In this document: positions 37,470-49,100 of the stretch, one piece after another
How positions within the stretch are numbered: the stretch's first letter is position 1
Layout of the letters: every line of letters begins with the position of its first letter
Source: Cetorhinus maximus
Taxonomy: Eukaryota
Reading direction: 5' to 3'
NCBI RefSeq assembly: GCF_964194155.1
Contig: NC_135901.1
Coordinates: 8,184,001-8,248,000 of the forward strand
Length of the DNA stretch: 64,000 bases
Position numbers and translations under genes: made by a program
Notes under the pieces: generated by a model
Database searches by the model: none
What the model saw: only the letters and a program-made list of their open reading frames with translations
What the model was told of the DNA's origin: nothing

Positions 37470-38252
37470 CTTGTCTGACTCCTAGTACTGGATGAACAGA
37501 AATTTCCTCCAGTTAAATATCGTGAAGACCAAAGACATTGTCTTCAGTCCCCGCTCTAAACTATTCCATAGCCACTGACTTCATTCCTCTCCCTGGCAAC
37601 TGTCCCAGGCTGGACAAGACTGGGCACAATCTCAGTGTCATGTTTCCCACCTGCTGATCTCCTGACCACAGAACACCGCCTATTTCCATCTCAGTAATCT
37701 CACCTGCTTTGCCCCTGAGTCAGCTAATCTGCTTCTGAAACTCTCATCCATTCCACTCCCTAAATTTGAATATTCTAATTCATCCCACATTTAACCTCTC
37801 TGTAAAGCTGAGTTCATCCAAAACTCTGCTACCCTTCACTACTCTGCTCACTGAGCTACTTAGGCTCAGGTTGAGCAGTGCTTCAAATCTTAAAACTTTC
37901 ATCTGTTTCCAAATCTCTCCAAAGCTTTGCTCACCCCTATTTCCGTCATCTCCTCCAGCCCCACAGCCCTCTGAGATCTCTGTGCTCATCTAATTCCGGT
38001 CTCTTCAGCATCCCCATTTTCAGTTCCTTCAGTGTTTGTGGCTGGGCCAAAGGCAAAAACTCACAATATCCCTCATGAAATCTCTCCACCTCTGTAACTT
38101 ACTTTCCTCATTAAGACACTCCTTCAAACCTACCTCTTTGACCAAACTTTTGACTTTCTTCCCTGATATCTGTGTGTGTCTCGGTGTCAGATGTTGCTTT
38201 GTAAAACTCCCATAAAACACCCTGGAATGTTTGATTACATCAAAGGCGCTCT
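37470..38252 (+). mobile_element. L2 LINE fragment (part of the duplicated ZNF unit)
   Basis: Homologous to 4830-5805. Confidence 0.75.
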
Positions 38253-38648
38253 ATAAATGAAAGTCAATGTTACAGACTTGGACACATATCACCGTTATAA
38301 ATGTAAGTCAATGTTACAGACTAGGACACATATCACTGTTATAAATGTAAGTCAATGTTACAGACTGGAACACATATTACCGTTATAAATGTAATTCAAT
38401 GTTACAGACTTGGACACATATTACCGTTATAAATGTAAGTCAATGTTACAGACTGGGACACACATCACCGTTATAAATGTAAGTCAGTGTTACAGACTTG
38501 GACACACATCACCGTTACAAATGTAAGTCAGTGTTACAGACTGGGACACACATCACCATTATAAATGTAAGTCAGTGTTATAGACTGGGACACACATCAC
38601 TGTTATAAATATAAGTCAATGTTACAGACTGGGACACACATCACTGTT
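38253..38648. repeat. Minisatellite, 9 x 44 bp
   Basis: Unit ATAAATGTAAGTCAATGTTACAGACTGGGACACACATCACCGTT starting at 38253, 38297, 38341 ... 38605. Confidence 0.95.
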
Positions 38649-38869
38649 GCTTCATCACTGGATGAAGATCCTCTCAGTCTTTACCTAACAGTTTTGCGGA
38701 AGCCCCTTCACCACACGGGCTGCAGCGGTTCAAGAACAAAACCCAGCATCAATTTCTCAACAAGCGACTGGGGATTGGCAATATGAGCTGCCTTGCTACT
38801 GACTCCTATAAGCCCATCATAAATTAAAAGTATCTGCCTGTGTGAAATGGATTAACAGCTCCTACAGGA

Positions 38870-39215
38870 ATCCTTGTTCCTCCCGCTCCCGGCCGCTCCC
38901 ATTCAGATTCCAGGAGCCGCGCTCACTCTCACGGAGGCTGCGCTCAGTCTGGAGCAACACTGCGCATGCTCCGCGCACGCAGGCGGCTTCCGGGGGCGGG
39001 GCCTTCCCACGCCTAGGCGTAACTGCCCTTCTGATGGAGATAGGGTGTATTCACTCTCGCGGAGCATTCTGGGTCTCCTTATCCGCCATCATTAAAAAAG
39101 CGTCTGGAGGGTGAGAAGTCTGTTCCAGTAATTTTGATACAATCCGTTGTTTACACCGAGAGGCCCGACACAGTTGATGTCAGTGACAGGTCCAGGTTAG
39201 CAGCCGCCATCTTTA
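38870..39215. promoter_or_regulatory. CpG-island promoter P5, probably bidirectional (units 5 and 6)
   Basis: ACTGCGCATGCTCC, GGGGCGGGG, GCATTCTGGG (ZNF143-like), CCGCCATC twice; candidate donors on both strands (about 38925 minus, 39111 plus). Confidence 0.65.
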
Positions 39216-39224
39216 TAGGGATAA

Positions 39225-39372
39225 AAACAAAAAGCTAAAAGCTACTGCGGATGCTGGAAATCCAAAACAAAATAAAAACAGAATTACCTGGAAAAACTCA
39301 GCAAGTCTGGCAGCATCGGCGGAGAAGAAATCAGTCAACGTTTCGAGCCCTCATGGCCCTTCAGCAGAACTG
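39225..39372 (-). mobile_element. Penelope family I repeat with hammerhead-like motif
   Basis: Minus strand AGTT-CTGCTGA-A-GGGCC-ATGAG-GGCTC-GAAA-CG-T-T-GACT (39333-39371). Confidence 0.7.
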
Positions 39373-39682
39373 AAGCATAGTTTCAACAAGGGAGAAATAT
39401 AAATTGGTTTAAGGTGGGTGGGGGGGAAGAGACACATGTGCCATCGTTTGAAGGGCAATGTGCTGCTGGGTGCAAGCGCTGCCATCCTAACAACATAAGA
39501 ATAAGAACATCAGAACTCGGAGCAGGAGTTGGCCTGTCGGCCCATTGAGCATGATGCACCATTCAATGAGACCATGGCTGATCTGATTGTGGTCTTAACT
39601 GCACTGCCCGCCCCTCATTTTGATGCTTAGATGAAAAATTTGTCTAACTCGGTCTCAATTAGTCATTTGGTAGTAAAGAACT

Positions 39683-40447
39683 TGAGTGTTGCTGAAAAAA
39701 AGAGACATGTGGAAGCTTTTCGTCTTGTACTCATCGGGGCACTTCGCAAGAATACCAATGTAAGGAAAAACAACCATATATACTGTATGTAAAGAGAATG
39801 CTGATTGGTTGGCGAGTGGACTCTGATTGATAGAGGCTTGCTATGCAAAATGCACTAGTAATGGTGCCTGACAGTTAACTGCCAAGCATTGTTTGAAATT
39901 TGAACCAGACAGTTTGACCCTGATTGGTCAAGGCATTGTCCTGAGGAATGAGTCAGCAAATGGCTGTCACTTATTTTGTTTAGCTGAAACAGGCGCAATG
40001 TGTGTATATGTTTTTTCTGTCTGCAAAGAACTGAGCCCTATTAATATATGTATCTTTCAGTACATGCAAATGCACCACACTGCAAGCCCAACTGAGAATC
40101 TTAAATTGGTTGTCAATGTAATTTTTAGCACACTGACGATTATTTAGCAAATGTTGTCCAATCACGGAATCACATCTAATATTGGACACTGTTTTGAGCT
40201 TTGCAAACACAGGCTGGTTGGGTATGGTCTGTTTGCAATGTTTGGCAGTTAACTGTCAGTCACTATCACTGGTGCATTCTCCATGGCAATGCCTCTACCA
40301 ATCAGAGCCCACTTGCCAACCAATCAGCACTCGCTTTGCATACAGTATGTATAGTTGTTTTCTCCCTATATTGGTATTCTTGCCATTTGTCCTGTTCAGT
40401 ACAAGGTGAAAAGCTTCAACGTGTCCCTTTTTTTTTAGCAATACTCA
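39683..40447. mobile_element. Penelope-like element (family II): inverted ~210-bp terminal repeats around a GIY-YIG endonuclease C-terminal fragment
   Basis: ORF 39980-40210 (-) DSVIGQHLLNN.QCAKNY.DNQFKILS...LHVL..TYI; arms 39683-39891 and 40237-40447; hammerhead-like motif in each arm. Confidence 0.75.
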
Positions 40448-40469
40448 ACTTTGCATCTATTCAATAACC

Positions 40470-40830
40470 AGACCTCCACTCCTTGCTGGGGAAGAGAGTT
40501 CCACAGACTAATGGATGCCTGAGAGAAGAAATTTCTCCTCACCTCAGTCTTCCGCATCTCAGTCAAGTTTATTGAAAACCTTTATTTTTAAATGGTGCCT
40601 CCTTGTTCCATATTCCCCCATGAGGGGAAAAAGCTCTCTCAGGATCCACCCTGTTAAGTGCCCTCAGAATCTTACAGGTTTCAATAAGATCACCTCTCAT
40701 TCTTCGAAACTCCAATGAATAGAGACCCACCTTGCTCAACCTTTCCTCATGAGGCAAAGCCTCTCATTCCAGGAATCAGCCTAGTGAACTTTCTCTGAAC
40801 TGCTTCCAGTGCAAATATGTCCTTGCTTAA
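40470..40830 (-). mobile_element. CR1 LINE 3' fragment
   Basis: LEAVQRKFTRLIPGM, EERLSKVGLYSLEFRRMRGDLIE. Confidence 0.85.
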
Positions 40831-41059
40831 GTTACCTTGGACCAGGTAGCAGGAGGAGAGAATATTGTGAATTTCTATCCTGGACTGACAGTGATGGATT
40901 CTGGAACCCCTTTTACAGGGGTTAGGAGGGGAGGATTTACACACAGCAAACTCAAATCAAGAGAAATGTTTGTCTCTTCTGAATTTATACCTGCATCTGA
41001 CACTTATGACTTTTGTAATCTCCTTTTACAGAGAGCTAGAAGATTTGAAGTCTGTGAGA

Positions 41060-43660
41060 TTTTTCTCTGACTCCAGTGCTTCTGATATCTTTCCAGCTGC
41101 AGGCTCCAGCAGGAGATTTTAAATTTGAAAACAGTGAAATTGTTTCAGGGGTGAGTATTATTGAACATTCATCGACAATTTAGAGCTCTTAGTGCTGCGC
41201 TGTCGTCCCATGGCTCTGGGGCTGGTGTGGCTCCTTTACTGTGGATCTGAATCCATGTCCATCCATTGCTCTGTTTCACCCTTACCCTTCACAATCACCT
41301 CTCTACCGTTGTATGGATCCCTCTGCCTCTAATGTTGGGTGTATTTTAACCATGTTTGGTATTTTACTGTTATTTTCACCAACTGTGTCTAAATGAGGTT
41401 CCACTGCTGCCCATCCCCCCAGCTATTCACTGCTGATTTACCAGCTTTATCTTCCCATGGCCAGGAATTGTTTTTCCTGCACTAGAGATCATTTCTCTCC
41501 CACTTCTGAGCTTATATTGACTGTCAAATTCTGCTTCATTTGTATTCCCCATAATTCATTCTGTACACCCTGAAATTTTAACTCTTTCTCTTTCCACAGT
41601 TACTGCCTGACCTGCTGAGTATTTCCAGCACTTGCTCTTTTTATTTCAGATTTCCAGCAGCTGCAATATTTTGGTTTGGTTTTATTGCAGGCATTTCTCA
41701 CAGAACTGAGTCTGGGAACAGAGATGAACCAATTAAGAACGGATTTGTATTTGGGTGGGTGTTGATTGGAGAGGTTGGTCCCTGGCCTCCAGTGTTAGAC
41801 TTTTTCATGCAGCCATAGAATGATTACAATACAGGAGGCCATTTATCCTGTCATTCCTGTGCTGGCTGTGTGCAACTGCAGATCAGCTAGTCCCACTCCC
41901 TGCCCTTTCCTCATAGCCCAGCTTTTTCTCTTCAGGTACTTATCCAATTTTATTTTCAAAGCCTTTGCTGTATCAGTTTGAGCTGGAGTGGAGATGGAGG
42001 AGAAGCTGCTGGGTTTAACCACAAGGACCCGGCAATTTCCAACGTGAAATTGTCAAAGGGAGGTAGGTTCTGGGGAAGATGAGGTTGCTGAGCAGACACT
42101 GGCCATGAAATGTAAAAGATCATTGTTTTAGGAAAAAATATTTCTGTAGATGCTTTTAATCTATTCTACAAATGCATACTTATAAAATCTATTCTGGGGA
42201 TTTGGGCGTCACTAACAAGACCAGCAGCAGATATTTCCCATCCCCAGTTACCTGTGGAGAAGATGATGTTTGACCTTCTTGAACTGCTGCAGTCCGTGTG
42301 GTGAAGGTGCTCCCACAATGATGTTAGATAAGGAGTTACAGGTTATTCACCAGTGATGAAGAAGAAACAATGATATATATCCAAATCAATAACAACAATC
42401 TGTATTTATATTGCAACTTTAATGTAACAAAATGTTCCAAGGCATTTCCCAGAAATATTACAAAGCAACATTTGACACTGAGCCACATAAGGAGATATTT
42501 GGGCAGGTGACCAGAAGCTTTGTCAAAGAGGTAGGCTTTAAGGAGTATCTTAAAGGGGGAAATTGAGGTAGAGAGGCAGAGAGGTTTAGGGAGGAAATTC
42601 CAGAGCTTACGGCCTAGGCAACTGAAGGCACAGCCACCAAAGGTGGAACAGTTAAAATAGGAATGCTCAGGAGATTGGAATTAGATGAGCACAGATATCT
42701 CAGAGGGTCATGAGACTGATGGAGGTTACAGAGACAGGGAGGGGCCAAGGAGGAATTTGAAAATAAGGATGAGAAATTAAAAATTTAGATTCTTCTTAAC
42801 CAAGAACCTTTGTCGGTCAGCGGGCACAGGAGTGATGGGCGAGGAAAACTTGGTGTGAGTAAACACAAGGGCAGCAGAGTTTTGGATAGCCTCAAGATTA
42901 CAGAGAGGTTGAATGTGGGAGGCTGGCACGGAGTGCCTTAGGATAGTTAAGTCTAGAGGTAACAAAGGAATGGATGAGAGTTTCAGCAACAGGTGAGCTG
43001 AGACTAGGGCAGAGTTGGGCGAAGTTACTGAGGTGGAAACAGGCCGTCTGGGTGATGATGAGGATGTGTGGTTGTAAGCTTTTTTCATTACTTATTCATG
43101 GAATGTGGGGTTGCTGGCTAGGCCAGCATTTATTGCCCATCCCTGATTGCCCTTGTTTAGAGGGCAATTAAGAGCCAGTCACATTGCTGTGGGTCTGGAG
43201 TCACACGTAGGCCAGACCAGGTAAGGACAGCAGATTTCCTTCCCTAAAGGACATTAGTGAACCAGATGGGTTTTTTTTTGTAGTAAAAACCCATCTGGTT
43301 TACTACTGTCCTCTAGGGATGGAATTCTGCCGTCCTTGTACTGGTCTGGCCGACATGTGACTCCAGACCCACAGCAATGTGGTTGACTCTTAACTTAGGG
43401 ATGGGCAATAAATGCTGGTCTAGCTAGCGATGCTCACATCCCATGAACGAATGATTTTAAAAAAGAGCTCATCTTGGGGTGAAGTATTACACTAAAGTTT
43501 TGAACAGTCTGGTTCAGCCTCAGACAGTTGCCAGGGAGAGAGATGAAGTCAGTTGTTAGGGAATGGAGTTTGTAGTAGGGACTGAAGACAACACTTTCAG
43601 TCTTCCCAGTATTTATATGAAAGAATTTTCTGTTCATTCATTACTGGATGTCAGACCAGT
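41060..43660 (+). repeat. Segmental-duplication block, copy C, including a minus-strand L2 fragment and nested SINEs (43085-43445)
   Basis: Colinear with 29150-31070; donor GTGAGT at 41151. Confidence 0.85.
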
Positions 43661-43899
43661 CAGGAGAGTGTGTGACTTCAAGGCGAACTTGGAGAGTTGG
43701 TGTTCACATACACCGGCTACCCTGGTCCTAGGTGCTGGAGGCTAGTGGTTCAGGAGATTTGTCAAAGTTATGGTCGAGTAGTAGGTATATAAAATCCCTC
43801 TCCTTCAACTGCTGCCTCTCCTACTTCTCTCTCTCTCTCTCCTTCCATAGAGACCAGAGTCTTGCATAGGCCCAGTCTGGGTGGAAGGTTCCATTAATA

Positions 43900-44640
43900 A
43901 GAACTAGGAGCAGGAGTAGGTTATTCAGTCCCTCGAGCCTGCCCCGCCATTCAATACGATCATGGCTGATCTCATTTCGGCCTCAACTCCCGCCCTCTCC
44001 CCATAACCATTCAACCCGTTACTAATTAAAAATCTGTCTATGTCCTCCTTAAATTTATTCAGCGTCCCGGCATCCACTGCACTCTGAGATAGTGAATTCC
44101 ACAGATTCACGACTTTGAGAAAAGTAATTCCTCCTCATCTCTGATTTAAATCTACCACCCCTTAGCTTAAAACTATGGCCTCTTGTTCTAGAATGCCCCA
44201 GAAGAGGAAACATCCGCTCCACGTCTACTTTGTCTCTCCCCTTTAGCATCTTATATACCTCAATTAGATCTCCTCTCATCCTTCTAAACTCTAGCAAGTA
44301 TAGGCCTAAACTGCTCAATCTCTCCTCATAAGACAAGTCCCGCATCTCTGGAATCAATCTCGTGAACCTCCTCTGAACTGCCTCCAATGCAACTACATCC
44401 TTCCTCAAGTAAGGGGACCAAAACTGTGTACAGTGCTCCAGGTGCAGTCTCACCAATGCCTTGTACAGTTGCAGCAATAATTCCCTATTTTTATACTCTA
44501 TTCCCTTAGCAATAAATGCCAAAGTTCCATTTGCCTTCCTTATTACCTGCTGTACCTGCATACTAGCTTTCAGCAATTCATGCACGAGGACACCCAGACC
44601 CCTCTGCACTGAAGCATTCTGAAGTTTCTCTCCATTTAAA
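43900..44640 (-). mobile_element. CR1 LINE 3' fragment inserted in the unit 6 intron
   Basis: 184-aa ORF 44055-44609 from the CR1 C-terminus plus tail; absent at the homologous position of unit 4 (about 31300). Confidence 0.9.
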
Positions 44641-44904
44641 TAATAATAATAAATAATAATAATTCCCTGAAGGACATTAGTGAGCCAGTTGGGTTTTTAC
44701 GACAATCCAGCAGTTTTTATGGTCACTTTTCCCTGGTGCCGGCCCCACAAATTACCAGATTCATTCAGCTCCATTTCACAACCTGCCTTTGTGTTTCTGT
44801 GGGTTCTCCCTCACTCCCTTTTTTCTGTTTTACATCGATTTCACAGGATATTAGAAGGGGAGGATTTGCAGCCCAATTTATCATAATGTGAATGTCACCG
44901 GATT

Positions 44905-46116
44905 TTGAACACGGAAGGAGAAAGCACTGTTCACAGTGGAGAGAAACCGTACACGTGTTCTGTGTGTGGTCGAGGCTTCAGCCAATTATCTGACCGATCA
45001 GAACATAAATGCAGTCACAACAGGGAGAAGCCGTGGAAATGTGGGGACTGTGGGAAAGGATTTAATTACCCGTCTGACCTGAAAACTCATCGGCGCAGTC
45101 ACACTGGGGAGAGGCCATTCACCTGCTCCGAGTGTGGGAAGGGATTCACTCAGTCCTCCCACCTGCTGATACATCAACGTGTTCACACTGATGAGAGGCC
45201 ATTCAGATGCTCTCACTGTGGGATGCGTTTCAGGCGATCATCTGACCTCACTGTACACCAACGAGTTCACACTGGAGAGAGGCCGTTCATCTGCTCCAAG
45301 TGCGGGAAGGGATTCACTCGATCATCCAACTTGCTGATACACCAGCAAATTCACACTGGGGAGAGACCATTCACCTGCTCCGAGTGTGGGAAGGGATTCA
45401 ATCATTCATCTGACCTGCTGCAACACCAGTGCGTTCACACTGGAGAGAGGCCATTCACCTGCTCTGAATGTGGGAAGGGGTTTACTTGTTCATCAGACCT
45501 GCTGACACACCAGCGAGTTCACACTGGGGAGAGACCATTCATATGCTCCAAGTGTGGGACAGGATTTGCTCGCTCATCCACATTACTGAGGCACCAGCGA
45601 ATTCACACTGACGCGAGACCTTTTAAATGCCCAGTCTGTGGGAAGTGTTATAAAAGCTCCAAGGAACTGTTGTCTCATCAACGTGTTCACACGGATGAAA
45701 GACCATTCAGGTGCTCTCTCTGCGGGACTGGATTCAGTCAATCATCTGACCTCACTGTACACCAGCGAATTCACACTGGGGAGAGGCCATTCACCTGCAC
45801 GGAGTGTGGGAAGGGATTCACTCAGTCATCCAATCTGCTCAGACACCAGCGAGTTCACACTGTGGAGCGACCGTTTAAATGCTCAGACTGTGGGAAGCGT
45901 TATAAAGGTTCCCAGGAACTGATGTCCCATCAACGTGTTCACGCTGATGAGAGACCATTCAGGTGCTCTCAATGCGGGATTGGATTTAAGCGATCATCTC
46001 AACTCATTGTACACCAGCGAATTCACACTGGGGAGAGACCGTTCAGCTGCACAGACTGTGGGAAGGGATTCACTCAGTCTTCCGCTCTTCTGAGACACCA
46101 GCGAGTTCACAAGTAA
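44905..46116 (+). CDS. C2H2 zinc-finger protein, 14 fingers (unit 6, subfamily A); expected ATG is ACG at 44911
   Basis: 403-codon uninterrupted frame; acceptor at 44845-44846; in-frame TAA at 44884. Confidence 0.78.
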   Translation: MNTEGESTVHSGEKPYTCSVCGRGFSQLSDRSEHKCSHNREKPWKCGDCGKGFNYPSDLKTHRRSHTGERPFTCSECGKGFTQSSHLLIHQRVHTDERPFRCSHCGMRFRRSSDLTVHQRVHTGERPFICSKCGKGFTRSSNLLIHQQIHTGERPFTCSECGKGFNHSSDLLQHQCVHTGERPFTCSECGKGFTCSSDLLTHQRVHTGERPFICSKCGTGFARSSTLLRHQRIHTDARPFKCPVCGKCYKSSKELLSHQRVHTDERPFRCSLCGTGFSQSSDLTVHQRIHTGERPFTCTECGKGFTQSSNLLRHQRVHTVERPFKCSDCGKRYKGSQELMSHQRVHADERPFRCSQCGIGFKRSSQLIVHQRIHTGERPFSCTDCGKGFTQSSALLRHQRVHK

Positions 46117-46194
46117 TTACCGTGATTGGATTTTACAGCTGGTCACACCAGGACTGGGCCATGTTCTTTGGGGTCTGTTTTTGCTGATGTTCAC

Positions 46195-49100
46195 AGAATC
46201 ACAGAATTTTAACGGCACAAAAGGAGGCCATTCGGCCTATCGTGTCTGCACCAGCTCTGCAAATGAGCATCATGGCCTAGTGCCATTGCCCTGCCTTTTC
46301 CCTGTACCCTTGCACATTGTTTTGATCCAAATAACCATCTAATGCCTTCTTGAATGCCTCAGTTGAACCTGGCTCCACCGCACTTCCAGACAGTGCATTC
46401 CAGACCCGAACCACTCGTTGTGTGAAAAAGATTTTTCTCCTGTCCCACTCGCTTCATTTGTAAATCACTTTAAATCTGTGCCCTCTCGTTCTTGATCCTT
46501 TTACGAGTGGGAACAGCTTCTCCCCGTCTACTCTGTCCAGACCCTTCATGATTTTGAACATCTCTATCAAATCTTCTCTTAGCCTTCTTCTCTCCAAGGA
46601 GAACAGCCTTAATCTCTCCAATTTATCCCCATTGCTGAAGTTTCTCATCCCTGGGACTATTCTTGTAAACTCCTTCTGCACTCTCTCCAATGTGTTCGCA
46701 TCCTCCCTATAACATGGTGCCCAGAACTGTACACAATATTCCAGCTGAGGTCTAGTGAGTGTCTTATATAAATCCAGCATAACTTCCCTGCCCTTGTACT
46801 CTATGTCCCTATTAATAAAGCCCAGGGCACTATAAGCTTTACTAATTGCTCTCTCCACCTGTCCTGCCACTTTCAATGATCTATGCACATATACACCCAG
46901 GTCTTTCTGCTTCTACATCCCCATGTTCTTCCTACCAAAATGCATCACCTCAAACTTCTCTGCATTGAACTTCATCTGCCATCTATCTGCCCACTCTACC
47001 AACTTGTCTGTCCTCTTGAAGTTCCACACCGTCCTCCTTGCAGTCCACAACACTCCCAACTTGCATATCGTCTGCAAACTTTGAAATTGTCCCCTGCACA
47101 CCAAGATCTAGATCGTTAATATATATCAGGAAAAGCAAGGGTCCCAATACCAGCACCTGGGGAACTCCACTACAAACCTTCCTACAGCCTGAAAAATATC
47201 CATTGACCATTACTCTCTGCTTCCCAGTTTTCAGCCAATTTTGTATCCACATTGCTGCTGTCCCTTTTATTCCATGAGCAATAACTTTTCTCAGAAGTCT
47301 GTTGTGTGACACTGTGTCAAATGCGTTTTGAAGGTCCATATACACTACATCAACTGCATTACCCTCATTCACCTTTTTTGTTACCTCTTCAAAAAACTCC
47401 AGCAAGTTAGTTAAACTTTAGTAATCCATGCTGGCTCTCCCTTATCAACACATATTTTTCCATGTGACTACTAATTCTATCCTGAATAATTGTTTCTAGA
47501 ATCTTGCCCACTACTGAAGTTAAACTGACTGGTCTGTAATTGCTGGGCTTATCCTTGCAACCTTTTTGAACAAGGGCATAATGTTTACAATTTTGCAGTC
47601 CTCTAGCACCACCCCTGAGTTTAGGGAAGACTGAAAGACTATGGCCAGTGCCCCTGGAATTTCTACTCTCACTTCTTTCAATATCCTTGGATGCATCTCA
47701 TTTGGTCCCAGTACCTTGTCAAGTTTTAGTACCGATAGTCTATTCAACACTTCCTCCCTATCAATTTTGAACCCTTCAGAGTCTGTCACCATGGCTTGGG
47801 TAGCATCTACCTCCTTAGTAAAGACAGATGCAAAGTGTTCATTTAATACCTCAGCCATGGCCCCTTCGTCCATGTGTAAATTCCCTTTTCGGTCCCCAAT
47901 CAGCCATACTCCTCTTTTTATCAACTTTTTACTATTTATATGCCTGTAGAAAACTTTGGGATTCCCCTTTATGTTGGCTGCCAGTCTCTTCTCATAATCC
48001 CTCTTCGCTTCTCTCATGTGCTTTTTCACCTCCCCTCTGAACCTTTTGTATTCCACTTGGTTCTCAATTGTATTTTCTACCTGACACCTGTCATAAGTGC
48101 ACTTTTTCTTTTTATCTGAATTTCAATCTCCTTTTTCATCCAGAGAGCTCTGGATTTGTTAGCCCCACCTTTCCCTTTAGATGGAATATAGACTCATGGA
48201 CGTTTACAGCACAGAAGGAGGCCATTCAGCCCATCGTGTCTGAGCTGGTCAACAAAGATCTAACTACACTAATTCCATTTTCCAGCACTTGACCCATAGC
48301 CCTGGAGGCTATGGCAACTCAGGTGAATGTCTAAATACTTGACTGTGCCCGAACCAATTCATTTTTTGAAGGTAGCCCATTGTTCAGCTACAGTTTTTCC
48401 TGCCAATCTTTTGTTCCAGTCTATCTGGCCCAGCTCCATTTTTGTTCCATTGAAGTCGGCTCTTGTCCCATTAATTATTCTTACTCTGGATTGCCTATCG
48501 TGCTTTTCTCATCATCATCCTAAAACATGCAATACAATAATCACTATCTCCTAAATGTTCCCCCACTGACACTTGATCTACTTGGCCAACCTAATTTCCA
48601 AGAACCAGGTCCAACAGTGGATTAGACACATACTTCTGGAGAATATTCTCCTGAACACAATTTAGGAACTTTTGTCCCTCTCCGCCCTTTACACTACCAC
48701 TGTCCCTATCTATATTCGGGTAATTAAAGTCTCCCATTATAACTACTCTATAATGCCTGCATTTCTCTGTATTTTCCGTGCAGATTTGTTCCTCTACACC
48801 CTTCCCGCTAGTTGGCGGTCTATAGGCTACACCAAGCAATGTAATTGCACCCTTTTTGCTCCTTAACCCTAGCCAAATTGATTCTGTCCTTGAACCCTCT
48901 GGGACATCCTCTTTCTCCAGCACTGCAATGCTCTCCTTAACCAATACCGCCACCCCTCATCCTTTCCTTCCTTTCCTGTCTCTTCTGAACACCTTGTACT
49001 CGGGAATATTGAACACCCAGTTCTGCCCTTCCTTGAGCCAGGTCTGTTATTGCCACAACATCACATTTCCACATGGCAGTCTGCACCTGTAACTCCCCAA

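Noticed and set aside
38253-38648. CRISPR-like array
   Set aside because: Whole 44-bp units repeat with no unique spacers; eukaryotic context with no cas genes.
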